Source: a virus
IMG/VR virus record: IMGVR_UViG_3300045921_000463
Span: 1 to 64,000 of that record
Length of the DNA stretch: 64,000 nt
Strand: one strand, 5' to 3'
The position numbers were made by a program, and so were the translations under genes. This document shows positions 1-8,959 of the stretch, piece after piece. Each line of letters begins with the position of its first letter. Position 1 is the first letter of the stretch. The notes under the pieces are model-generated. The model was given only the letters and a program-made list of their open reading frames with translations, was not told where the DNA came from and did no database searches.

Positions 1-86
1 GGGGTGGGGGGTCTATGTGAGGGGGGTGGGGGGTCTATGTGAGGGGGGTGGGGGGTCTATGTGAGGGGGGTGGGGGGTCTATGTGA
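1..86 (+). repeat. Tandem 22-bp G-rich repeat (GGGGGGTGGGGGGTCTATGTGA)x4, first copy truncated
   Basis: Units at 1-20, 21-42, 43-64 and 65-86 read directly. Confidence 0.95.
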
Positions 87-184
87 GGTCTATAGGGGCT
101 ATAGGCGAAGTCTGAGGGACTATGAGGGTGAGCCGCGATTGATAAGCCGCGTTATACCTTTGTTATAAGAGAAAAAGCCTTTTA

Positions 185-197
185 GATCAATGACTTA
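185..197 (+). promoter_or_regulatory. Candidate IHF binding site
   Basis: GATCAATGACTTA versus the consensus WATCAANNNNTTR (1 mismatch), with an A/T tract upstream. Confidence 0.45.
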
Positions 198-429
198 GAT
201 TTATACTTAACAGATTGTATGATGATTTTGGGATAAACAGGCCGAGATTTGACGTATCTGGTAATGTTTCTTGTAGTTCTGGGCGGTAGAATTGAATCCC
301 GTTACAAGAACTTATGGTGATTTTTGTTGAATACTTCATGCACTGCAAAATTTGCAACTTTTTGATAGTCAGTTCATTTTATGTATTTCATTGTATGAGA
401 GATATGTTGGGGTGAGCCGCGATTGACAA

Positions 430-504
430 GATCGAGTGTTTTACACGAGATACACGAGATACCTGTTGATCGAGTGTTTTACACGAGATAGCTGATCGAG
501 TGTT
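430..504 (+). repeat. Direct repeats GATCGAGTGTTTTACACGAGATA (2 full copies plus partials)
   Basis: Full copies at 430-452 and 468-490; partials at 453-461 and 494-504. Confidence 0.85.
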
Positions 505-637
505 CGTATGTGAGCCGCGACATGATTTGGCTTGGTAGACGCTGTGAGTTACTCGCTGAGACTTTTTGTGAAGTAGCGTGTAGGGTGGTATGGGGAGCCG
601 CGAAAAAACTTTGTATGAGGCTTGTAGACAGCCGCGA

Positions 638-820
638 TTAGCTGTCGTTCTCGTAGCTATCGACAACTTTCAGATGTGCTCGATAGCCATCGTGGTCACA
701 TGAAATCTGGACTATAAGCAATTTTTTGTCAGGTTTGTTGAAATACTCTGTTTCCTTATTCTCGATTTTTTCAAGCAAACCTTGTTTGGTTTTGTCAAAC
801 AAGATGATATGTTTACTCAT
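638..820 (-). CDS. hypothetical protein
   Basis: 60-aa ORF, last gene of the leftward array, GAGG upstream. Confidence 0.6.
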   Translation of the reverse strand: MSKHIILFDKTKQGLLEKIENKETEYFNKPDKKLLIVQISCDHDGYRAHLKVVDSYENDS

Positions 821-833
821 TTTTGGTGCCCTC

Positions 834-1109
834 TCACATATGGCAACGAAGTTGTGTCTTGGAGAACGAGAACCAAAGAGCTACGCCGTCAGTCGTCGTA
901 ATGTGACCAAGTGCTGATTCAGCTTTTGGGTATTTCACCTTGATGGTATTATGAACAAGCCGCAGAACTGTCGGTATCTCGCTCGAATCCCAATCTTGCG
1001 GAAAGTCGGAGTCGTTGACATGCCCCTGCGGAAATACGTCGAATTCTACGACGCAAGCCTTGGCGCTGTCATTCGATTTGGTTCTCACAGTAACCAGACT
1101 GGCGTTCAT
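834..1109 (-). CDS. hypothetical protein
   Basis: ORF; start moved to MNASLV to avoid overlap with the upstream gene. Confidence 0.55.
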   Translation of the reverse strand: MNASLVTVRTKSNDSAKACVVEFDVFPQGHVNDSDFPQDWDSSEIPTVLRLVHNTIKVKYPKAESALGHITTTDGVALWFSFSKTQLRCHM

Positions 1110-1153
1110 TGGTCGGCTCCTGTCAATACGGGTCAATACGGGCGTTGCGGGGG

Positions 1154-1432
1154 TCAGGCATTGACGTATTTCTCGTAGCGGTCGTGATCCTGTTGCGACC
1201 AGCCGCACATCCACCCGCCGTGGCACAGGTCCATGAGAGGTTGCGTGCGGAGATTCACAAGATCCGTAAGCGTGTCGTATTCCCGACATTTCGCCTCGAA
1301 CTCGTCTTTGGGGACGTTGTAGACGTAAACGCCATCCGCTCCGCTGAACTCGGGCGCAATGTCGGGAACAAACCGAACCGCATCATCCATGTAGGCTTCA
1401 AGGTCCGCGATTTTTTCGTGCAGGCTGGTCAT
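1154..1432 (-). CDS. hypothetical protein
   Basis: 92-aa ORF downstream of a TATAAC-type motif. Confidence 0.6.
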   Translation of the reverse strand: MTSLHEKIADLEAYMDDAVRFVPDIAPEFSGADGVYVYNVPKDEFEAKCREYDTLTDLVNLRTQPLMDLCHGGWMCGWSQQDHDRYEKYVNA

Positions 1433-1509
1433 GGTATACCCCGATTAGCAGGTGGTTTCGCTGTAATCCGGTTATAGCAGGAATACTCCTGTGAGGCTAT
1501 AAGAATCCG

Positions 1510-1755
1510 TCAGTCAGCATCGGCGGATTCGCCCACTTCCATCCATCCGGGAAACGGTTCGTCACGAGACTTGAGGGGAGTGGTAGTGACCCCTTTGTTG
1601 TTTCTGAAAGCCCAGAAACAGTGTTTGCCGAGCCAAACGCGAGTGTTATGGTCGTTATGGTCTACGACCTTGCGCTGTTCGATTTCGCCAGTCTCGGCGT
1701 TATGAGTCGTGACAGCCAGATACAAGGGGGCGAGAGGGGGATTGGCGTCTTTCAT
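1510..1755 (-). CDS. hypothetical protein
   Basis: 81-aa ORF with AGGA RBS. Confidence 0.7.
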   Translation of the reverse strand: MKDANPPLAPLYLAVTTHNAETGEIEQRKVVDHNDHNTRVWLGKHCFWAFRNNKGVTTTPLKSRDEPFPGWMEVGESADAD

Positions 1756-1807
1756 GGTGGTTTCCTGATGGTCGGTTGGTCTTGACGGTGAAGTACAGGT
1801 GAGCTTT

Positions 1808-2203
1808 TCAACGCTCCACGGTGAAGCTGAGAATTGTCAGAATTGCGTCTTTCCAATCAAATATCTTTACATACTTTGCGTTCATGGGAGCCAGTTTGCG
1901 AACCTCGTCAAGAATTGCATCCGAAGACGCAGGCTCTTGGAACCAGTGAAACTCGTCCTTTCCGACTTCTACAAGTCCGTTCCGCTGAATTATATCAGCA
2001 TCGTCGGGTTCCGGTTCTCGTAGAAAAACGAACAATACAACCTGTTGCGGAAATGGCATCGGAGTGCGACGATAGTGGCTAATCAGATTGTTAGCCGCGA
2101 ATCGCACATCGTCAGAGTATGTGGACGATGCGTAGAAATTGCATTTCAGCACACTGCTGAGTGGCATGTGGAGAGATTCATAGCTGCTGATTAGCAGATT
2201 CAT
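1808..2203 (-). CDS. hypothetical protein
   Basis: Start MNLLIS overlaps the upstream stop (ATGA) with an AGGAG RBS. Confidence 0.6.
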   Translation of the reverse strand: MNLLISSYESLHMPLSSVLKCNFYASSTYSDDVRFAANNLISHYRRTPMPFPQQVVLFVFLREPEPDDADIIQRNGLVEVGKDEFHWFQEPASSDAILDEVRKLAPMNAKYVKIFDWKDAILTILSFTVER

Positions 2204-2627
2204 TGAGCAGACTCCTGTTGACGGGAAAGAAAATTGGCATACTTTGCATGAGCCGAGACACAGCCCTCGCGGCTTTCCTCGAACTTTGAAATGATACCTT
2301 CTGCATGAAGCATCATACGACGATAAAATTGCGTATCGCTCATTTGCAGACACACGTTCGTATTCAAGCCGATGTGCATCTTTACATCTTCGATGGTTAT
2401 GCTGCACAGCTTGTTGTCGATGATGAGGAACGGACCAGTGATCATTTCCACAATGCGCATCCGCGTATAGAACTTCTTGTAGTTGCCCGTGGTGATACGC
2501 CCAATCCCACCAACGAGGTTGCGCTGATGATCGCGTTGGTCACAGGATGCCAGTTACGCTCGTTGGCAGGATCGACAGTGACGTTGGTGTGGTCCTTGAT
2601 GTTGGCAACACTGAAATTGAGCGACAT
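2200..2627 (-). pseudogene. Frameshifted phage hypothetical gene (or sequencing indel)
   Basis: MSLNF...TSLVG (from 2627) continues as GIGRITTGNYKKFYTRMRIVE...DVKMHIGLNTNV if one G is added to the run at 2506-2508. Confidence 0.65.
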
Positions 2628-2736
2628 GCTGGTGCTCCATGGAAGTGTATGCGAAGGTTTATGTATTGTGGCACGAGAACATTAGTTTGGCAACCGGCTG
2701 TTACTTGTCTATTGATTTTTAAGAGCAGCCTAAAGA

Positions 2737-2937
2737 CTAAAGATGAAAAATCAACAAGAAACAAGTAACGCCAACAAGACAGAACAACAGGGCTATAACG
2801 GTTATAACGACTGGTTTGCGGCGATATTGATGTTCGTCGGTTCCTTGTGACATTGCAATAATATCATTAATCATCGCGCTGCGAGCGGCATCAACGGCAT
2901 TCTTGAGGTTTTTTGGTGGAGTATGCGGGCTGGTCAT
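2737..2937 (-). CDS. small membrane protein
   Basis: C-terminal hydrophobic helix after RRKP. Confidence 0.55.
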   Translation of the reverse strand: MTSPHTPPKNLKNAVDAARSAMINDIIAMSQGTDEHQYRRKPVVITVIALLFCLVGVTCFLLIFHL

Positions 2938-2955
2938 TTCAGAAACACCGTTACT

Positions 2956-3399
2956 TTACAGGTTTTTGTTCTTGCCAATGGCGGCAAGGGCGTTGGCGAA
3001 ATGTTGCAGAAGCCGCTGCCAGATGTCTGGTCGCTTTGCCGCTGCTGGTCCGTTGTGGAAATCTATCATCCTGTTACCGGCTTCCACCAACGCTTGCACC
3101 CTCAGATCATCTAGGGGATCGGGCGCCGCGACGGACTTAAGGGCGGCCTCAGCAGCTTCGGCGCGGGCGAACAGCGCATCTATGTCGCTCTCCTTGTAGA
3201 ACGATCCGCTTCTCAATTCCGTTTCCAACTCCTGCACTTTGGCGCGAAGGGCGCCTGCGATGTGGGGCTCACATCGCAGGCGGGCCAGTTCGGCTTCCAA
3301 CTCGGCTATGCGGGCCTCGTATTCAGCGCGAATACGGGCGATCTGTGCAGGCCATGAAATATCGGAATCTTCGACCAGCGGGCTGTCAAGGTCAGTCAC
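2956..3399 (-). CDS. hypothetical coiled-coil protein
   Basis: ARIAELEAELARL and RAEAAEAAL coiled-coil motifs; AAGGAG RBS. Confidence 0.7.
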   Translation of the reverse strand: MTDLDSPLVEDSDISWPAQIARIRAEYEARIAELEAELARLRCEPHIAGALRAKVQELETELRSGSFYKESDIDALFARAEAAEAALKSVAAPDPLDDLRVQALVEAGNRMIDFHNGPAAAKRPDIWQRLLQHFANALAAIGKNKNL

Positions 3400-3485
3400 G
3401 GCATAACTCCTTCATTAAGCGCGGCATGTGCCAGAGCGTTGATCATGTGACTCGCGACAAGGCAGGTCAGGGCGGTGGCGGCGGG

Positions 3486-3893
3486 TCACGGCTGGCCCTT
3501 CCTGTTCAAGATGATTTCATTGGGAATCGGTTCCATCCTGTCGCGAATCATTCGCACCTTGTCGGCAGGAACCCCGTGAACATTCTGCCACAACCCATTG
3601 CAACGGTAAATGCGGGCACTAGGCCAGCGGTGCAGGTAGGATTTGATTTCCCAATAACGCGAGAAAGTATTCGCCACGACAAAGGGAATGCCCGCCTTGG
3701 ACGCGGCTTCTGCACGCCAAAGACAATGCTTGTGAGCATCTTCCAGCTTGGTGGGATCGAACAGATAGTGCTCACCGACCATGAAATAGTCATCCGCCTC
3801 GATCAGCACGTGATCGGGAAACATGTGACGTGCAGCGGTGCTCTTGCCCGATCCGGGCGGGCCGCGAAACAAGATGGGAGTGGTGTAATTCAT
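3486..3893 (-). CDS. P-loop nucleotide-kinase-like protein (AAA_33-like)
   Basis: RGPPGSGKST Walker A, EADDYF, VVANTF, NVHGVP; start trimmed to MNYTT, downstream of the tRNA. Confidence 0.85.
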   Translation of the reverse strand: MNYTTPILFRGPPGSGKSTAARHMFPDHVLIEADDYFMVGEHYLFDPTKLEDAHKHCLWRAEAASKAGIPFVVANTFSRYWEIKSYLHRWPSARIYRCNGLWQNVHGVPADKVRMIRDRMEPIPNEIILNRKGQP

Positions 3894-3914
3894 GGCGTCC
3901 TCGTCTTGTGGTAG

Positions 3915-3989
3915 TGGTCTGCCCGAAGGGATTCGAACCCCCAACCAAACCGTTATGAGCGGTCAGCTCTACCGTTGAGCTACGGGCAG
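3915..3989 (-). tRNA. tRNA with CAT anticodon, probably Ile2 (lysidine type)
   Basis: Acceptor CTGCCCG/CGGGCAG, anticodon arm GACCG-CTCATAA-CGGTT, GTTCGAATC T-loop, encoded ACCA end. Confidence 0.9.
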
Positions 3990-4004
3990 TCTGATGGTGT
4001 AGTT

Positions 4005-4328
4005 CTAGTCCGTGCCTTTTTTGCCTGCCACAATTCTATCCAGAAAGCTTTTTGCTTCCTTTGCTACATCGCTTTCGTAAATCGAAACCATAGGTTCGCC
4101 AAGCGGATTCAACAATTTCATGGAAGCCGTCGGGGCGATGAAAAGCGGAGTCAACATGAGATTTTCGCCGAGTTCATTGACCACAATTATTGCCACGCTT
4201 TGTTCCCCATTGACATAAACGGGCATGATACCGAAATTGCTGTACATACCGGATTTCAGCGCAAGAAAATGCGCAACGCTTTCTTCGAAATTCACAAGTT
4301 CCGTTGGTTTTTTCATTTCCTCAGGCAT
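4005..4328 (-). CDS. hypothetical protein
   Basis: 107-aa ORF with AAGGAG RBS. Confidence 0.75.
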   Translation of the reverse strand: MPEEMKKPTELVNFEESVAHFLALKSGMYSNFGIMPVYVNGEQSVAIIVVNELGENLMLTPLFIAPTASMKLLNPLGEPMVSIYESDVAKEAKSFLDRIVAGKKGTD

Positions 4329-4349
4329 GTGCGCTCCTTTTTCGCGCTG

Positions 4350-4386
4350 TATAACCCGTTATAGCATAGGTACCAGATTCGGACAA
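4350..4386 (-). promoter_or_regulatory. Sigma70-like promoter overlapping the TATAAC palindrome
   Basis: Minus strand TTGTCC-N17-TATAAC with TGn extension; the -10 box is one half of TATAAC-GG-GTTATA. Confidence 0.55.
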
Positions 4387-4404
4387 TATGATAATACTGT
4401 ACAG

Positions 4405-4920
4405 TCATATGTTCCCCAGATCGGTAATAACACCGCAAAGTTTTTTCTTGTCTGTAATTTCAACAAGAAGGATTCGGATAATCCTGTCCCTGTAGAAGTG
4501 CAGATAGCTTGATACCGCCCTCGCGCACGTGTCTGACTGCCGCCAGTAAAAAACCTGCACTTCGTTAACAGCTACTATAACTAGCGCCTTCTGGTTTTCG
4601 CAGAGTGTTTTCAGCGTATTGAAAACTTTGTCGAACATGGACGAATCGCAATCTGCCATATCAATTCTCGTGGAACTGTAAATCTTTTCCAAACATCTTG
4701 GAAGGTTGCGTCTCAAACTCACGGGCAACGCGATTTCTTCGGTTGCAGCTTCGATCTTGCTGATCAATCTGTAAAAACTAGGGCTCTGCTCTATGGCAAA
4801 ATCATGTCTGCGAGCATTGACAGACCTTGATTTTGGGCGTTCTTGCATAACGGTTTCCTTTCGTGACGAGTTCGAGAAGAGCGTTTCTTTTGGCAGGCTT
4901 GCAGGCTCGATGAGTGACAC
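4405..4920 (-). CDS. hypothetical protein
   Basis: 171-aa ORF; start uncertain. Confidence 0.55.
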   Translation of the reverse strand: MSLIEPASLPKETLFSNSSRKETVMQERPKSRSVNARRHDFAIEQSPSFYRLISKIEAATEEIALPVSLRRNLPRCLEKIYSSTRIDMADCDSSMFDKVFNTLKTLCENQKALVIVAVNEVQVFYWRQSDTCARAVSSYLHFYRDRIIRILLVEITDKKKLCGVITDLGNI

Positions 4921-5103
4921 GTAGAAAACTTTGAAGGGTATTGGATATGGTGAGATAGCCGGTATCGTTTTCGTCTTTGCAGGAAGGCTTTTATTGACGT
5001 TTGCAACAGTGCTGGTTTTTTATCTTACCCGAGACCATACAACCATAAAAAACGAAAGATGTCAATACCTTACAACAAGCCATATTGTGGCAGATGCCAG
5101 ATG

Positions 5104-5319
5104 CTACTCTGTCACCGAATGCACAAAGGAGTAGAGGGCTTCCATGTCGTTATCTGCCAGCGCAAGGTCTGTCAGATACAAAACACAGAGCGGTCTGCGG
5201 GATTCGGGCAGCTTGTGGAAGGCGAGCCGCGCATCCAACTTGTTACCCATTCTGTAGTTGTACCAGACTTGGCTGGCAATGTCGGCTACAGCCATACGGA
5301 CATTCTTGTTCATTTCCAC
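5104..5319 (-). CDS. hypothetical protein
   Basis: Short ORF coupled to the upstream gene. Confidence 0.6.
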   Translation of the reverse strand: MEMNKNVRMAVADIASQVWYNYRMGNKLDARLAFHKLPESRRPLCVLYLTDLALADNDMEALYSFVHSVTE

Positions 5320-5831
5320 GCTCCCTTGTCACTCCACGTTTTGTTGTTTAGCCAAAACCGAACGGCATCGCCGGATGTCAACTCGAAACAATCGGGGTTC
5401 CTGTAGTTGAAGATCGCATTGTCAGACGCCAGCATTACGTTTCTGCGCAGCCATTCCAGTGTGGTCTTGCGCGGCGCGCACGAATTGCCGTGTCTGGTGG
5501 TTCCAAGAACAAGGCCCTTGCCAGCTAGCGGTTGCGGGTAGCCGCGCAGCAGAAACCACGTGTTCCTTGTATTGAACAAGCCCTCGTCGTCAACGAATAT
5601 GTCATCGTCTTTCAGCTTCGGATCGACGTATCCGACGGGAACCATGGTTACGCAACTCACTGTGTGCACGTTCGGCTCTGTCAAAGCCGCGTAGTAGCCT
5701 TGAAGATTATTCATGATCCAGACTTCCCGGACAGCTTGTTCGTAAACGTCTGCCATGGACGATGAAGCATCTTCGAAATGGCGTCGAATGGCATACGGGT
5801 CGATCAGGAAAGCATTAATAGGCTTGGTCAT
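5310..5831 (-). CDS. DUF3846-like phage protein
   Basis: AFLIDP ... DIFVDDEGL ... YPQPLAGKGLVLG pattern. Confidence 0.65.
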   Translation of the reverse strand: MTKPINAFLIDPYAIRRHFEDASSSMADVYEQAVREVWIMNNLQGYYAALTEPNVHTVSCVTMVPVGYVDPKLKDDDIFVDDEGLFNTRNTWFLLRGYPQPLAGKGLVLGTTRHGNSCAPRKTTLEWLRRNVMLASDNAIFNYRNPDCFELTSGDAVRFWLNNKTWSDKGAWK

Positions 5832-6199
5832 TAGGCAACCTCCCCCCTGTAGCTTTCCAGCGAGGCTGGAACGTTGTCAGGATGAACATAGATGGACATT
5901 AGCGCCGGTTTGCCGCGAAATGTTCCTGTTTGCGCGATAGCCACGCCCGGAATGAGAGCAACGCGGGCACCTTCGCGTTCGTTGAACATCTGGTGCACTC
6001 GGCAGGCTCCGGCAAGACTGACGTTACCGTTGCTCAGGTCGATGCCGTAGTAGACATTCTTGGTGCCGCCATCCCAGTTCAGGTTGTGCAGAAGCACACT
6101 TGTCGTGACGACGATGCTGACCTTTTTGCGGCGATAGCCGATCTGTGTCGCGATGCTGGCAACTTCGCTGGTAGGAATGTAGAACCTGTTGCGTGCCAT
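5831..6199 (-). CDS. hypothetical protein
   Basis: 122-aa ORF, GGAGG RBS, WDGGTK motif, TAATG coupling. Confidence 0.75.
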   Translation of the reverse strand: MARNRFYIPTSEVASIATQIGYRRKKVSIVVTTSVLLHNLNWDGGTKNVYYGIDLSNGNVSLAGACRVHQMFNEREGARVALIPGVAIAQTGTFRGKPALMSIYVHPDNVPASLESYRGEVA

Positions 6200-6281
6200 T
6201 TTGCCCTCCGTATTTGGGTTACACAGTGGTTAGCAGCTTGTAGATGCCGCTAGTAGTGCTAGCTTAGCCGAAATAACATCG

Positions 6282-6566
6282 TTATAAAAGAAGATTTGCC
6301 AATACAATCACGGCAGTGACGATCCCTGCAACTACGAAAAAATAGAAAACATGCCATAGCACTCTCTGCGCTTGCTCGCCTATTTCAAAGCGATAAGTCT
6401 GTTGCCGCGCCTGCCCTTTCATTGCTTTTGCAATACGTTCGCGTTCGATCTGCCTGATGATACGAGTCACTTCCTGCTTGATGACTTGTGCGCGGATAGC
6501 CGTTAGTTCGGAAGCAGAGTTCTCCGGTGCAAAACTTCGATAGCTGTAGTCGTCTTTGTTGCTCAT
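6282..6566 (-). CDS. membrane-anchored hypothetical protein
   Basis: ATGA-coupled to DUF853; C-terminal TM helix. Confidence 0.7.
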   Translation of the reverse strand: MSNKDDYSYRSFAPENSASELTAIRAQVIKQEVTRIIRQIERERIAKAMKGQARQQTYRFEIGEQAQRVLWHVFYFFVVAGIVTAVIVLANLLL

Positions 6567-7924
6567 TTTGCGCTCCTCAGATAGTCAGACAGTTCCCGAA
6601 TGAGTTGATCGCTTGGCGAGCCGCGCTCTGCGCCGCGTTTGCGCAGAATGGCCAACGCTCCGCCTTCGCTTTGTTCCTTCATGGTATACTTTATCGTCAT
6701 GGTATCCGACTGCACGATACGCTCGCGTTCTTGTGGCGTAAGCGGCCCTACTTGCGATGATGGCGGCCTGATCAGGGTGCGTTCAACCATGCTTGGCGTG
6801 CCGCGTTCATCCAGAAACGAGGTCAACGCTTCCCCGACTCCCAAATCTGTGATTGCTGTGGCCGTGCAGAAGCGATCATTGCGTCGAAACGTTTGGGCTG
6901 CCGCGTAGATAGCCTTCTGATCGCGTGCCGTGAACGCGCGTAGCGCGTGTTGAACCCTGTTTCCGAGTTGCCCGAGGATGGAATCCGGTATGTCAGTCGG
7001 ACTCTGGGTAACGAAGTAGACGCCAACGCCCTTGGACCGGATGAGCCGTACTACCTGCTCGACAGTTCGAAGCAGTAGCTTGGATGCGCCGGAAAACAAC
7101 ATGTGAGCTTCATCGAAGAAGAACACAAACTTGGGTTTGTCCATGTCTCCGACCTCTGGAAGCTTTCGAAACAATTCGGTGAGCATCCATAGCAGAAACA
7201 CGCCGTATACGGACGGACTCCGCATCAACTTTTCGGCTGCAAGAATGTTGATTCTGCCCATTCCGTTGACGACTTGCATCATGTCGGCAATGTCGAGCGA
7301 TGGTGTGCCGAACAAGTTAGCCGCGCCTGCGTTGTCCAAGACGAGCAGCTTGCGCTGAATGGCACCCACCGAAGCCGGAGATACATTGCCGTACCTCGCG
7401 GTGATCCTGACTGCATTTTCTGCTACAAACGTCAAAACTGCCCGCAGATCGTAAAGCGTGTGTAGACCCAACCCTTCGTCCCGTGCTACTGCAAAGACGA
7501 TGGACATGATGCCTTCCTGCGCATCAGTGAGTTCGAGCATCTTGGAAAAGAGTGTGGCACCCATGCTTTCTATTTTGACCCTTACTGGTGCTCCTTCGTT
7601 TCCAAACACGTCCCAGAATGTCACTGGAAATTGTCTATATGCGTAGTCGCGCAATCCGATAACTTTTGCACGATCCGTGAACACTTGATTAAGTCTGCTT
7701 CCTGCGCTGCCCGGTTTTGCCATACCTGAAAGATCGGATTTCGCATCGGCTAGGAACACAGGAACGCCTGCCGAACTGAATTGTTCAGCCATTACTTGCA
7801 AAGTGACGGTCTTGCCGGTTCCGGTCGAGCCTGCGATAAGGCCATGCCGGTTAGCGAACCGCAACAACAGATGCTGAGGTTGGCGGCGGCTGATGCCGCC
7901 GCCGCCGATGTTTATGCTGAACAT
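6563..7924 (-). CDS. HerA/FtsK-like ATPase, DUF853 (YjgR family)
   Basis: ANRHGLIAGSTGTGKT, FFFDEAH, RLIRSKGVG, TQSP, LGQLGNRVQHALRA. Confidence 0.92.
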   Translation of the reverse strand: MFSINIGGGGISRRQPQHLLLRFANRHGLIAGSTGTGKTVTLQVMAEQFSSAGVPVFLADAKSDLSGMAKPGSAGSRLNQVFTDRAKVIGLRDYAYRQFPVTFWDVFGNEGAPVRVKIESMGATLFSKMLELTDAQEGIMSIVFAVARDEGLGLHTLYDLRAVLTFVAENAVRITARYGNVSPASVGAIQRKLLVLDNAGAANLFGTPSLDIADMMQVVNGMGRINILAAEKLMRSPSVYGVFLLWMLTELFRKLPEVGDMDKPKFVFFFDEAHMLFSGASKLLLRTVEQVVRLIRSKGVGVYFVTQSPTDIPDSILGQLGNRVQHALRAFTARDQKAIYAAAQTFRRNDRFCTATAITDLGVGEALTSFLDERGTPSMVERTLIRPPSSQVGPLTPQERERIVQSDTMTIKYTMKEQSEGGALAILRKRGAERGSPSDQLIRELSDYLRSAK

Positions 7925-7930
7925 GCTTGG

Positions 7931-8215
7931 TTATTCGAGATAACCCGCCGCAGCGAGCGAAGGCGGGCTAACCTTCGTGGTATCGGTATCGTATCCGATA
8001 ACCGCAATCCACCAGACGCCGTTGCGATCCCGAATCGGCATTGCCGCAGTGAGGCGGCAGTAACCGTCGAACATCTTGGAAGCGTGAGGCAGAAAGGCTT
8101 CGGCCTTTTCCCGCGTGTCGTAGGGGCCGCCGACCGAAACAACATGGCAGTCGGGATGCTTGACCATTTGTAGGCTCCGTAGTTGATGGTTAGCGGCAAG
8201 GGCCGCAATGCGCAC
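7931..8215 (-). CDS. hypothetical protein
   Basis: ORF fills the gap in the minus-strand array; start uncertain. Confidence 0.5.
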   Translation of the reverse strand: MRIAALAANHQLRSLQMVKHPDCHVVSVGGPYDTREKAEAFLPHASKMFDGYCRLTAAMPIRDRNGVWWIAVIGYDTDTTKVSPPSLAAAGYLE

Positions 8216-8282
8216 GATAGCGGCTATAACAGGTTATGGCAACGCAGGATAGTCAAGCCTGTCAGTCGTTCTCGATAAGGTT

Positions 8283-8471
8283 CTAGTAACCTTCATTGCC
8301 GACAAAGACTTCGGTGCGCACATAGGTCATGTCGTTTCCGGTTTGCTCGTCGATTGGAGTGCCGCTCACCTCATAAAAATCAGGCGGGATGAAATGCTCG
8401 TTGCCTTGTGAATCGCGCCACACATGACGTACACAGGCATCTGAAACGATGATCCATTGCTCGTTGTTCAT
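8283..8471 (-). CDS. hypothetical protein
   Basis: 62-aa ORF with AGGAG RBS; GTPID...DMTYVRTE. Confidence 0.7.
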   Translation of the reverse strand: MNNEQWIIVSDACVRHVWRDSQGNEHFIPPDFYEVSGTPIDEQTGNDMTYVRTEVFVGNEGY

Positions 8472-8486
8472 GGCTCTAGCTCCTTT

Positions 8487-8861
8487 CTAGTAGGTGAACA
8501 CGATGGTGTATGCGTTATACGGTTCTGCGTAGCCCCATGGACCGCTGTCCATCTCGCCAGAAAGATTGATCGCCCATTCAAAAGGCCCTTCTTTCCAGCA
8601 AATGGTCCACGCCTTGCAGGCAGTAATGGTGCTTTCGGCAACATCGGGTGCCCACAACACGATGTTCTTTGGGTTGAAGCCACGAGGCTCGGCCCATTTC
8701 ACTATGGCAGCGTGGAGTGCCTTTGCAGCACTTTCTTGAGTGCTGTGCTCCTTGGGGTTGAAGTCTACGTGTCCAATGGGCACAAGAACATCGTGTCCTT
8801 TTTCAGGCACATAGGTCAATTTACGCATTTGCATCGCGGCGATCCTTGAGCAGGTAGTCAA
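8487..8861 (-). CDS. hypothetical protein
   Basis: WKEGPFEWA ... YAEPYN motif typical of small phage proteins; start uncertain. Confidence 0.65.
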   Translation of the reverse strand: MTTCSRIAAMQMRKLTYVPEKGHDVLVPIGHVDFNPKEHSTQESAAKALHAAIVKWAEPRGFNPKNIVLWAPDVAESTITACKAWTICWKEGPFEWAINLSGEMDSGPWGYAEPYNAYTIVFTY

Positions 8862-8959
8862 TGCAGGGTTTCAGAACCTCTCAACGAAATGTCAGGTCTC
8901 CGATCATTTCATCCTTGTGGTACTGTGTTCCTGCGAGAAGGAGCGTGACGCTGCTGCGA

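Larger units (their letters stand above)
131..636 (+). repeat. Six dispersed AGCCGCG direct repeats in the non-coding terminal region
   Basis: Copies at 131, 145, 415, 513, 596 and 630; GTGAGCCGCGA occurs three times. Confidence 0.8.

Noticed and set aside
1-640. Possible CRISPR or mini-array given the Cas4-like gene
   Set aside because: The repeats are tandem or irregularly spaced, without unique spacers of uniform length; no array was seen anywhere in the window.
388-666. 92-aa ORF in the terminal region
   Set aside because: It runs through DNA repeats, overlaps a better gene and has non-protein-like composition.
3915-3989. tRNA as a prophage attachment site or host boundary
   Set aside because: Phage-type genes continue on both sides of both tRNAs, and no integrase or duplicated tRNA 3' end was seen.
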